Source: an uncultured Selenomonadales bacterium
GTDB lineage: Bacteria; Bacillota; Negativicutes; Selenomonadales; Selenomonadaceae
NCBI GenBank assembly: GCA_900314765.1
Contig: OMWN01000010.1
Coordinates: 2,854-66,853, forward strand
Length of the DNA stretch: 64,000 nt
Direction: 5' to 3'
The notes below the pieces were generated by a model. The model was not told the origin of the DNA. It saw nothing but the letters and a program-made list of their open reading frames with translations, and did not search any database. Positions 9,966 through 17,741 of the stretch are shown in pieces. Each line of letters begins with the position of its first letter. The first letter of the stretch is position 1. The translations under genes and the position numbers were made by a program.

Positions 9966-10125
9966 GGAAATAACTCGGCGATGCCAGTCCTCATCCACTG
10001 CGCAATTTCGATAGGCTCTAAGGCTGGCTTCCTCGCGGCAAAAGCGAAGACACGCCGCTTCGGAGCCAGCCAAAGAGCCTATATGAAATTGCTAAATTAC
10101 TTCAGACTGGCATCACCTCGGGAAT
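9966..10125 (+). ncRNA. Candidate structured RNA / ERIC-like structured repeat, copy 1 (unclassified)
   Basis: The block folds by eye into a rod with four helices. P1 is 9977-9989 with 10105-10117. P2 is 10003-10009 with 10085-10091. P3 is 10011-10019 with 10074-10082. P4 is GGCTGGCT/AGCCAGCC. It is about 89% identical to 22285-22445, with compensatory changes in P3. TGTAATAT (-10-like) ends 7 nt upstream. Confidence 0.5.
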
Positions 10126-10159
10126 ATCCAAAATTTTATAGGCATGTTTTTACGCAACT

Positions 10160-10187
10160 GGGCGGCTTTCATGTCGCCCTTTTTTTA
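10160..10187 (+). terminator. Intrinsic terminator after structured element copy 1 and the ATP-grasp unit
   Basis: GGGCGGC (10160-10166) pairs with GTCGCCC (10173-10179), followed by TTTTTTT. Confidence 0.75.
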
Positions 10188-10299
10188 TTGTGGTTTTATT
10201 GAATTTTTCATTTTTTTTTGCTAGTATTTTTGACGATAGTTTATGAAATGTGTTGTTAGCAAAATCACTACAAGCTGATGCAAATGGCAACCTGCTTTT

Positions 10300-10360
10300 G
10301 TCCGCCCCTTGAGTGGCGGGGGACCGCCGTAGGCGGTGGTGGGGTGACGGCGAGAGAGTC
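10300..10360 (+). repeat. Solo GC-rich hairpin module related to the MITE termini at 27573-27822
   Basis: It contains CCGCC..GGCGG and ACCGCC-GTA-GGCGGT hairpins and ends in GGCGAGAGAGTC. The right MITE end has GGCGGAGAGGGTC. The module is embedded in an otherwise AT-rich leader. Confidence 0.45.
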
Positions 10361-10429
10361 GTTAAAAATTTGAAATTTAATTTTTCAAAGGAAAAATTAT
10401 AATCGCAAAATCGGAAGGAGCAATCGTCG

Positions 10430-11215
10430 GTGGAAGAAAAGCTCAAGTTGTATGGGTTTAACAATCTCACGAAGTCCCTGAGCTTCAACATTTATGATAT
10501 ATGCTACGCGAAGTCGTCACGCGAGCAGCGGGACTACATCAAATACATCGACTCGCAGTATAATTCGGATAGGCTCACGAAGATACTGTCGCGCGTGACG
10601 GAGATGATTGGCGCGAAGATACTCAACATCGCGAAGCAGGACTACGATCCGCAGGGCGCGAGCGTGACGCTCTTGGTCGCGGAGGAGTCAGCGGCCATCA
10701 AGGGTACGAAGCTCCCGCGTCCGATGCGCGATGCCGTCGTCGCTCACCTCGACAAGAGCCACGTCACGGTGCACACGTATCCCGAGTATCACCCCGACAC
10801 GAGCATTGCGACGTTCCGCGTTGACATCGACGTCTCGACGTGCGGCGAGATCACGCCGCTCAAGACGCTCGATTACCTCATCAGCAATTTTGATTCGGAC
10901 ATCATCACGATGGACTACAGAGTCAGAGGCTTCACGCGCGACATCTCCGGCAAAAAACTTTTCATCGATCACAAGATAACGAGCATACAGGACTACATAA
11001 AGCAGGAGACGCTCGACGCGTACGACGCCGTTGACATCAATGTCTATCAGGCCAATCTTTTCCACACGCGGATGCTCATAAAGGAAATCGACCTCAAAAA
11101 TTATCTTTTCAATACGGACATCTACGAGATCCCGCCGAAGACGCGGCTCGCCATCAGCGACAGCCTGCGCCGCGAGATGATAGAGATTTACAGCGGCCAA
11201 AATGTTTTCGGGTGA
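10430..11215 (+). CDS. speD: S-adenosylmethionine decarboxylase proenzyme (E. coli SpeD type)
   Basis: (M)[26 protein letters not shown]...[24 protein letters not shown] closely parallels the E. coli SpeD N-terminus. GTG start with a GGAAGGAG RBS. Confidence 0.92.
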   Translation: MEEKLKLYGFNNLTKSLSFNIYDICYAKSSREQRDYIKYIDSQYNSDRLTKILSRVTEMIGAKILNIAKQDYDPQGASVTLLVAEESAAIKGTKLPRPMRDAVVAHLDKSHVTVHTYPEYHPDTSIATFRVDIDVSTCGEITPLKTLDYLISNFDSDIITMDYRVRGFTRDISGKKLFIDHKITSIQDYIKQETLDAYDAVDINVYQANLFHTRMLIKEIDLKNYLFNTDIYEIPPKTRLAISDSLRREMIEIYSGQNVFG

Positions 11216-11233
11216 AGGAGGAAATTTTAAAGA

Positions 11234-12691
11234 TTGGAACACGTTTTGTCACAGGAAGATGCTCCGATACTTGAAGCATTGAAGAAAATGAAAAGACGGC
11301 GACTCGTGCCGTTCGATGTGCCGGGTCACAAGCGCGGCCGTGGCAATCCGGAGCTCACAAATTTTCTCGGCGAGGATTGTCTCTCCGTCGACGTTAATTC
11401 GATGAAGATGCTCGACAATCTCTGTCATCCCGTGTCGGTCATTCGCGACGCGGAGAGACTCGCGGCGGACGCATTCGGCGCGGCGCATGCGTTTCTCATG
11501 ATTGGTGGCACGACGTCGGCCGTGCAGACGATGGTGCTCACGGCGCTGAAGCGTGGCGAAAAGCTCATACTGCCGCGCAACGTGCACAGGAGCGTCATCA
11601 ACGCGATGATACTGTGCGGCGCCGTGCCTGTCTACGTGAATCCGGAGATGGACAAGACACTCGGCATTTCGCTCGGCATGAAGGTGAGCGAAGTGAAGCG
11701 CGCCATAGAGGAAAATCCCGACGCGAAAGCCATATTCGTCAACAATCCCACGTACTACGGGATATGCTCGAACATAAAGGAAATCGCACGGCTCGCCCAC
11801 GAGCATGGCATGCTGCTCCTCGCGGATGAGGCGCACGGCACGCACTTTTATTTTCATGACGCGTTGCCGATGGCGGCGATGAAGGCGGGCGCGGACATGG
11901 CAGCGCTCTCGATGCACAAGTCGGGCGGCTCGCTCACGCAGTCGTCTTTGCTCCTCACGGCGGATACCATATCCGAAGGCTATGTGCGTCAAATCATCAA
12001 CCTCACGCAGACGACGAGCGCGTCGTATCTTCTCATGGTCAGTCTCGACATATCGAGGCGGCGTCTCGCGCTTCACGGCAAAGAGATTTTCGACAAGGTG
12101 ATTGGCCTCGTCGAGTACGCGCGCGAGGAGATAAACGCGATAGGTGACTATTACGCGTATGCACGTGAGCTCGTCGATGGCGACGCGGTGTATGATTTCG
12201 ACATCACGAAGCTCTCGATTTTCACGCGCTCGCTCGGACTCGCGGGCATAGAGGTGTATGACCTTTTGCGTGACGAGTACGACATACAGACGGAGTTCGG
12301 CGACATCGCAAATATTTTGGCGTATGTCTCGGTCGGCGACAGGCCAAAGGACATTGAGCGGCTCGTCGCGGCTCTCTCTGAGATACGCAGAAACTACAAA
12401 AAAAATCAGAAGAACATGCTCGAGGCCGAGTACATAAACCCGAGCGTCGTATGCGGACCGCAGGAGGCTTTCTATGCGGACAGCGAGTCACTGCCGATAG
12501 ACGAGACGGCGGGACGTGTCGCGAGCGAATTTGTCATGTGCTATCCGCCGGGGATACCGATACTCGCGCCGGGTGAGCTTGTGACGCCCGAGATACTGCG
12601 GTACATTCACTACGCGAAAAAGAAGGGCTGCTCGATGACGGGCCCCGAGGATATGTATATAGAGCGACTCAATGTGATGAAGGAAGCATGA
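11234..12691 (+). CDS. speA: Orn/Lys/Arg decarboxylase family enzyme (fold-type I PLP), probable arginine decarboxylase (Bacillus SpeA type)
   Basis: FDVPGHKRG near the N-terminus and SMHKSGGSLTQSS (PLP lysine). Its position between speD and speE/speB suggests arginine decarboxylase. The start is uncertain (TTG at 11234 or TTG at 11246). Confidence 0.8.
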   Translation: MEHVLSQEDAPILEALKKMKRRRLVPFDVPGHKRGRGNPELTNFLGEDCLSVDVNSMKMLDNLCHPVSVIRDAERLAADAFGAAHAFLMIGGTTSAVQTMVLTALKRGEKLILPRNVHRSVINAMILCGAVPVYVNPEMDKTLGISLGMKVSEVKRAIEENPDAKAIFVNNPTYYGICSNIKEIARLAHEHGMLLLADEAHGTHFYFHDALPMAAMKAGADMAALSMHKSGGSLTQSSLLLTADTISEGYVRQIINLTQTTSASYLLMVSLDISRRRLALHGKEIFDKVIGLVEYAREEINAIGDYYAYARELVDGDAVYDFDITKLSIFTRSLGLAGIEVYDLLRDEYDIQTEFGDIANILAYVSVGDRPKDIERLVAALSEIRRNYKKNQKNMLEAEYINPSVVCGPQEAFYADSESLPIDETAGRVASEFVMCYPPGIPILAPGELVTPEILRYIHYAKKKGCSMTGPEDMYIERLNVMKEA

Positions 12692-12697
12692 TAATCA

Positions 12698-13567
12698 ATG
12701 GATTTGTGGTTTACGGAGAATCATACGAAAAACGCGCGCTTTTCAATGAAAGTTGACAATGTCCTTTTCACAAAACAGAGCGAATTTCAACGCATAGATA
12801 TTTTCGACACGCCGGAGTTTGGGCGCGTGCTGACGCTCGACGGCTATACGATGCTCACGGAAAAGGACGAGTTCATGTATCACGAGATGATCGTGCATGT
12901 GCCGATGAGCGTTCATCCGAACGCGAAAAACGTGCTTGTCATAGGCGGCGGCGACGGCGGCACGGTGCGCGAGCTCACGCGGTTCAAATGCGTCGAGCAC
13001 ATCGACCTCGTCGAGATAGATGAGGATGTCGTGCTCTCGTGTCAGAAATATTTGCCTCAGACGGCGTCGAAGCTCGATGACCCGCGCGTCGACAAGCACT
13101 ACGAGGACGGGCTCAAATTCATTCGCCATCATGAGGATGAATACGATGTCATCATCGTTGATTCGACGGATCCGTTTGGCCCGGGCGAGGGGCTTTTCAC
13201 GCGCGAATTTTACGGCAACTGCTACAGGGCGCTCAAAGCAGACGGCATCATGGTCAATCAGCATGAGAGCCCATTCTATACGGATACGGCGTATGCCATG
13301 CAGCGCGCCCATGAGCGCATCGTGCAGTCTTTCCCAATAGCGAAGGTCTACGAGGTGCACATTCCGACATATCCGTCGGGTCATTGGCTTTTTGGTTTTG
13401 CCTCGAAGAAATATCATCCGTACAAAAATGTGGACTTTACGAGATGGGAGAGCCAAGGCTTTAAAATGAAGTACTACAATCCGCGTCTTCATGTGGCGTC
13501 GTTCGCGTTGCCGACGTACGTTGAGGATATGCTGAAGGAGGTAGAGAAGCGCGATGAGGCAAAGTAA
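12698..13567 (+). CDS. speE: Spermidine synthase / polyamine aminopropyltransferase
   Basis: LDGYTMLTEKDEFMYHEM, VLVIGGGDGGTVRE and IIVDSTDPFGPGEGLF are canonical SpeE motifs. Confidence 0.93.
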   Translation: MDLWFTENHTKNARFSMKVDNVLFTKQSEFQRIDIFDTPEFGRVLTLDGYTMLTEKDEFMYHEMIVHVPMSVHPNAKNVLVIGGGDGGTVRELTRFKCVEHIDLVEIDEDVVLSCQKYLPQTASKLDDPRVDKHYEDGLKFIRHHEDEYDVIIVDSTDPFGPGEGLFTREFYGNCYRALKADGIMVNQHESPFYTDTAYAMQRAHERIVQSFPIAKVYEVHIPTYPSGHWLFGFASKKYHPYKNVDFTRWESQGFKMKYYNPRLHVASFALPTYVEDMLKEVEKRDEAK

Positions 13568-14441
13568 AAATGTCGAGACATTCCTCGGCTGTGACAAAGA
13601 CTACGACGACGCGCGCATCGTCATCTACGGCGCGCCGTTCGACTCGACGACGTCGTATAGGCCCGGAACACGGTTCGCGAGCCGCGTCATGCGCGCGGAG
13701 TCGTACGGGCTCGAGACATACAGCCCGTATCAGGATGTTGACATTGAGGACGCCGCCATTTTCGACGGCGGCGACCTCGAGCTCTCGTTTGGCAATACGG
13801 AGAAGGCACTCTCTGATATTCATGACTATGCGAAAGGCGTGCTCGCGGACAATAAGCTGCCGTTTCTCATCGGCGGCGAGCATCTTGTGACGCTGCCGGC
13901 TGTGCGGGCGGCGTATGAGAAGTACCCCGACCTCTGCGTGATTCATTTCGACGCGCATACGGATTTGCGCGATGAATATCTCGATGCGAAGCTCTCTCAT
14001 GCGACCGTCATCAGGCGCGTGTGGGACATGTTGGGCGATGGACGCATATATCAATTCGGCATAAGGAGCGGCGAGCGCGATGAATTTTATTGGGCGATGA
14101 GGGATCATCACACGCACCTGCAAAAATTCAATTTCACGGGGCTCGACAGCGTCGTGTCGGAGCTTCGTTCGAGGCCGATTTATTTCACGATAGACCTCGA
14201 CGTGCTCGACCCGTCGTGTTTTCCTGGAACGGGGACGCCCGAGGCGGGCGGCGTGACATTCGCAGAGCTGTTGAAAGCGATTTTCGCCGTCGTGAGGAAC
14301 TCGATGATTGTGGGCTGCGACATGGTGGAGCTCTCGCCGCCGCTCGACGAGAGCGGAGCTTCAACGGCGACGGCGCTGAAACTCATGCGCGAAATGCTTT
14401 TGTGCCTCGAAAAGCCATTCATAAAACCAGAAATCGTGTAA
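13554..14441 (+). CDS. speB: Agmatinase (ureohydrolase family); could equally be an aminopropylagmatine ureohydrolase
   Basis: Arginase-fold metal-binding motifs HFDAHTDL, DLDVLDP and SPPLD. It overlaps speE by 14 nt. Confidence 0.88.
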   Translation: MRQSKNVETFLGCDKDYDDARIVIYGAPFDSTTSYRPGTRFASRVMRAESYGLETYSPYQDVDIEDAAIFDGGDLELSFGNTEKALSDIHDYAKGVLADNKLPFLIGGEHLVTLPAVRAAYEKYPDLCVIHFDAHTDLRDEYLDAKLSHATVIRRVWDMLGDGRIYQFGIRSGERDEFYWAMRDHHTHLQKFNFTGLDSVVSELRSRPIYFTIDLDVLDPSCFPGTGTPEAGGVTFAELLKAIFAVVRNSMIVGCDMVELSPPLDESGASTATALKLMREMLLCLEKPFIKPEIV

Positions 14442-14484
14442 ATTTTATATAGAGGAAAGCAAATTGAAGGGGGAATTTTTACAA

Positions 14485-15684
14485 ATGGGAAAAGCTATGA
14501 TTATCGGCTGTGGCGGCGTTGCATCAGTGGCCGCGCATAAATGCTGTCAGAACAGCGACGCATTTGACGAGATATGCATCGCGTCGCGTACGAAGTCGAA
14601 ATGCGACGCACTCAAGGCGAAGATTGACGGCGGCAAGACGAAGGTGACGACGGCGCAGGTTGACGCTGACAATGTGCCGGAGCTCATCGCGCTCATCGAG
14701 AAGGTGAAGCCAGACGTCGTGCTCAATCTCGCGCTTCCTTACGAGGACCTTCATATCATGGACGCATGCCTCGCGACGAAGACAAACTACGTCGATACGG
14801 CGAACTATGAGCCGCCAGACACGGCGCATTTCGAGTACAAATGGCAGTGGGCGTATCGCGACCGCTACAAGGACGCGGGCATCACGGCGCTCCTGGGCTC
14901 GGGTTTTGACCCGGGCGTCACGAGCGTTTTCTCTGCATACGCGCTCAAGCATGAGTTTGACGAGATAAATTACATCGACATTCTCGACTGCAATGCCGGC
15001 GATCATGGCTATCCATTTGCGACGAATTTCAACCCAGAGATAAATATTCGCGAAGTATCGGCGAAGGGCAGCTATTGGGAGGACGGCCATTGGGTCTACA
15101 CGGAGCCGATGGAGATAAAGCGCGTCTACGATTTCCCAGAGATTGGCCCGAAGGACATGTATCTCCTTCATCATGAGGAAATAGAGTCGCTTGCGCTCAA
15201 TATCCCCGGCATAAAACGCATCCGCTTCTTCATGACGTTCGGCCAGAGCTATCTCACGCATCTCAAGTGCCTCGAAAATGTCGGCATGACATCCATTGAG
15301 CCGATAGACTTCGAGGGACATAAAATCGTGCCACTGCAGTTTCTCAAGGCCGTGCTGCCGGACCCAGCGAGCCTTGGCCCGCGCACGAAGGGCAAGACGA
15401 ATATCGGCTGCATATTCCGCGGCGTGAAGGATGGCAAGGACAAGACGTATTACCTTTATAATGTCTGCGACCATCAGGAGTGCTACCGCGAGGTCGGCTC
15501 GCAGGCCGTATCGTACACGACGGGCGTGCCCGCGATGATTGGCACAGAGCTCATCATGAAGGGGATATGGAAAGGCCCCGGCGTATTCAATATAGAGGAG
15601 TTCGACCCAGACCCATTCATGGAAGAGCTCAACAAGTGGGGGCTCCCATGGAAAGAGAGCTACACGCCTGACCTCGTGGAGTGA
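14485..15684 (+). CDS. Saccharopine dehydrogenase-like enzyme: carboxy(nor)spermidine dehydrogenase family
   Basis: Rossmann start MIIGCGGVASV, about 400 aa, immediately upstream of nspC. I chose the ATG at 14485 because of a GAAGGGGGA RBS. Confidence 0.85.
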   Translation: MGKAMIIGCGGVASVAAHKCCQNSDAFDEICIASRTKSKCDALKAKIDGGKTKVTTAQVDADNVPELIALIEKVKPDVVLNLALPYEDLHIMDACLATKTNYVDTANYEPPDTAHFEYKWQWAYRDRYKDAGITALLGSGFDPGVTSVFSAYALKHEFDEINYIDILDCNAGDHGYPFATNFNPEINIREVSAKGSYWEDGHWVYTEPMEIKRVYDFPEIGPKDMYLLHHEEIESLALNIPGIKRIRFFMTFGQSYLTHLKCLENVGMTSIEPIDFEGHKIVPLQFLKAVLPDPASLGPRTKGKTNIGCIFRGVKDGKDKTYYLYNVCDHQECYREVGSQAVSYTTGVPAMIGTELIMKGIWKGPGVFNIEEFDPDPFMEELNKWGLPWKESYTPDLVE

Positions 15685-15688
15685 TAGG

Positions 15689-16888
15689 ATGACGACGAAT
15701 AAGCTCTGCTCGCAGGATGAGCTCGCGATGCGCCACGCGATGCGCAGGGTGCATGATGAAGTGATGACGCCGTGCTACGTCGTGGATGATGCGCGATTAA
15801 AATACAATCTCGAGATTTTGTCATCGATTCGCGAAGCGACGGGCGCGAAAATTCTGCTCGCGCAAAAAGCGTTCTCGATGTTTCACTTTTACCCGTTGAT
15901 TGCGAAGTACCTCGACGGCACGACGGCAAGCGGACTTTATGAGTCGCGCCTCGGCCGTGAGGAGTTCCGTGGCGAGGTGCATGTCTTTGAGCCAGCGTAT
16001 CGCGATGATGAGTTCGATGAAATCGCGAAAACGGCGGATCATATCGTGTTCAATTCGATAGCGCAGTGGAAGAAATATCGCGACCGCGCGCTCGAAAGTG
16101 GTTGCGTGTGCGGTCTGCGTGTCAATCCTGAGCACTCGACGCAGGACACGCCGATATACGATCCGTGCGCGCCAGGCTCGCGTCTCGGTGTGCGCGCGTC
16201 TGTGCTCGAGCGTGAGCTCGAGAGAGACGCTCATGCGCTCGACGGCATCACGGGGCTTCACATGCATACGCTTTGCGAGCAGGGAGCGGAGCCACTTTAC
16301 GATACGCTGAAAGTGTTTGAAGAAAAATTGGGTGCGTATCTCGCGAAAATGAAGTGGGTGAATCTCGGCGGCGGTCATCACATCACGAAGGATGACTACG
16401 ACCGCGAGCTTTTGAAAAAATGTATTCGCTACATGCGCGGAACATATGGTGTTGATGTCTACCTTGAGCCGGGCGAGGCTGTGGCGTATCATGCAGGCGA
16501 CCTCGTGACGACGGTGCTCGACATCGTCGAGACGGATGGCGTGCCTGCGGCGGTGCTCGACACATCGGCGGCGTGCCACATGCCCGACGTCATCGAGATG
16601 CCGTATCGTCCGCCGCTCTATGGCGCGGGCGAGCCCGATGAGCTCACGTACACGTACAGGCTCACGGGGCCGACGTGCCTTTCGGGCGACATCATCGGCG
16701 ACTACTCATTTGCGGAGAGACTTCACGCAGGCGACAGGCTCGTATTCAGTGACATGGCGATATATTCCATGGTCAAAAACAACACGTTCAACGGTATGCC
16801 ATTGCCGTCGATCATTGCGGTGGAGAATGACAAATGGCGTGTCGTGAAAAAATTTGGTTACGAGGATTTCAAAGAAAGATTATCTTGA
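15689..16888 (+). CDS. nspC: Carboxy(nor)spermidine decarboxylase (fold-type III PLP)
   Basis: TPCYVVDDARLKYNLEIL is an N-terminus typical of CANSDC/NspC. Other motifs are LLAQKAF, NLGGGHH and EPGEAV. It starts 4 nt after the dehydrogenase gene. Confidence 0.88.
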   Translation: MTTNKLCSQDELAMRHAMRRVHDEVMTPCYVVDDARLKYNLEILSSIREATGAKILLAQKAFSMFHFYPLIAKYLDGTTASGLYESRLGREEFRGEVHVFEPAYRDDEFDEIAKTADHIVFNSIAQWKKYRDRALESGCVCGLRVNPEHSTQDTPIYDPCAPGSRLGVRASVLERELERDAHALDGITGLHMHTLCEQGAEPLYDTLKVFEEKLGAYLAKMKWVNLGGGHHITKDDYDRELLKKCIRYMRGTYGVDVYLEPGEAVAYHAGDLVTTVLDIVETDGVPAAVLDTSAACHMPDVIEMPYRPPLYGAGEPDELTYTYRLTGPTCLSGDIIGDYSFAERLHAGDRLVFSDMAIYSMVKNNTFNGMPLPSIIAVENDKWRVVKKFGYEDFKERLS

Positions 16889-16901
16889 GTGGTGATTTCT
16901 G

Positions 16902-17555
16902 TTGAAAGCGAAAAAATTATTGGCGGGCGTCATTGCGTCCATGATATTGGCGATGCCGCTCACGATGAATAACGTGAGTGCAGAGGGCAATGATGAGGCA
17001 AAACCTTCCACATCTATGGAGACGACGCTTGAAGAGCTGGCAAAGCATTTCGACTACAGGGAGGCTGTCAATGAGGCGACAGAGTCAAATGTCAGCGCCT
17101 ACACGATACGCCTCGGCATGGAAGGCGACGACATCTGGTTCCCTGAGCATGAGTGGCTGTTTTTCCGTCCGTCGAATGCGAAAGCAACGAAGTTATTCCT
17201 GCGCGCCATGTCTGCGAAGGCGCCTGTGAAGGAAATGCTCGCGCTCAATATAAAGGATGGCTGCATAAAAAATATCGGCGTCGCATTTTTGACGAACGAC
17301 AACAAGACGGCAGAGGACATATTCGACAGAGCCGTCGGCAATGTTTCGTATCGCATGCCGAACGTGATGCCAAAAGATGAGCCTACTCACTACGAGCGCT
17401 ACATCAAAGACAAAAACGCGACACTCGTCGACATGCGCGAGTGGCTGCTCGACGACCACGGTCTCGCCGTCGTGCGTTACACGAGCCCAACACCAGAGGG
17501 CGGCTCGCTTTTCGACACGCCGACGTACGACACGATTGTCGTGTACAGATATTGA
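16902..17555 (+). CDS. Exported protein of unknown function (signal peptide), last gene of the polyamine transcription unit
   Basis: MKAKKLLAGVIASMILAMPLTMNNVSAEG looks like a Sec signal peptide. I recognise no family. There is only a 13-nt gap after nspC and no terminator until 17560. Confidence 0.6.
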   Translation: MKAKKLLAGVIASMILAMPLTMNNVSAEGNDEAKPSTSMETTLEELAKHFDYREAVNEATESNVSAYTIRLGMEGDDIWFPEHEWLFFRPSNAKATKLFLRAMSAKAPVKEMLALNIKDGCIKNIGVAFLTNDNKTAEDIFDRAVGNVSYRMPNVMPKDEPTHYERYIKDKNATLVDMREWLLDDHGLAVVRYTSPTPEGGSLFDTPTYDTIVVYRY

Positions 17556-17559
17556 AATT

Positions 17560-17589
17560 AATCCCATCGTGAAAACGGTGGGATTTTTT
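17560..17589 (+). terminator. Intrinsic terminator ending the polyamine operon
   Basis: AATCCCATCG (17560-17569) pairs with CGGTGGGATT (17576-17585), followed by TTTTT. Confidence 0.8.
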
Positions 17590-17741
17590 GTGCGCAAATT
17601 CTACAAAATTTTTTCAGGAAAAGAAGAATATTGGATTTTTGTGTCGAAATATTAAACAGTTATAGGAGTTTTTGTGACTTTGATTACAACAGGATTAAGC
17701 AGGAAGCCTTATTTTATATCAGTCATCACTAAGGAGAGATT

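Noticed and set aside
9966-10125. The structured repeat as an integron attC site, a retron msr/msd, a bacterial Y RNA or a 6S RNA.
   Set aside because: - There are no GTTRRRY/RYYYAAC core sites and no integrase.
- There is no reverse transcriptase or Ro-like gene nearby.
- Two ~89%-identical copies 12 kb apart are atypical for 6S.
- None of these can be fully excluded without a covariance-model search.
9981-10202. The 73-aa ORF (MPVLIHCAISIGSKAGFLAA..) and its paralogue at 22283..22495, both running through the repeated structured element.
   Set aside because: Nearly every nucleotide difference between the two copies is non-synonymous. The differences instead preserve base pairing, and the ORFs diverge completely after the repeat. 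This makes them by-products of the repeat rather than genes.
10200-10429. A riboswitch (SAM, guanidine or a polyamine-responsive element) in the speD leader.
   Set aside because: The GC-rich hairpins do not match the SAM-I or guanidine-I/II/III consensus features I can recall. They resemble the repeat-family termini at 27573-27822 instead.
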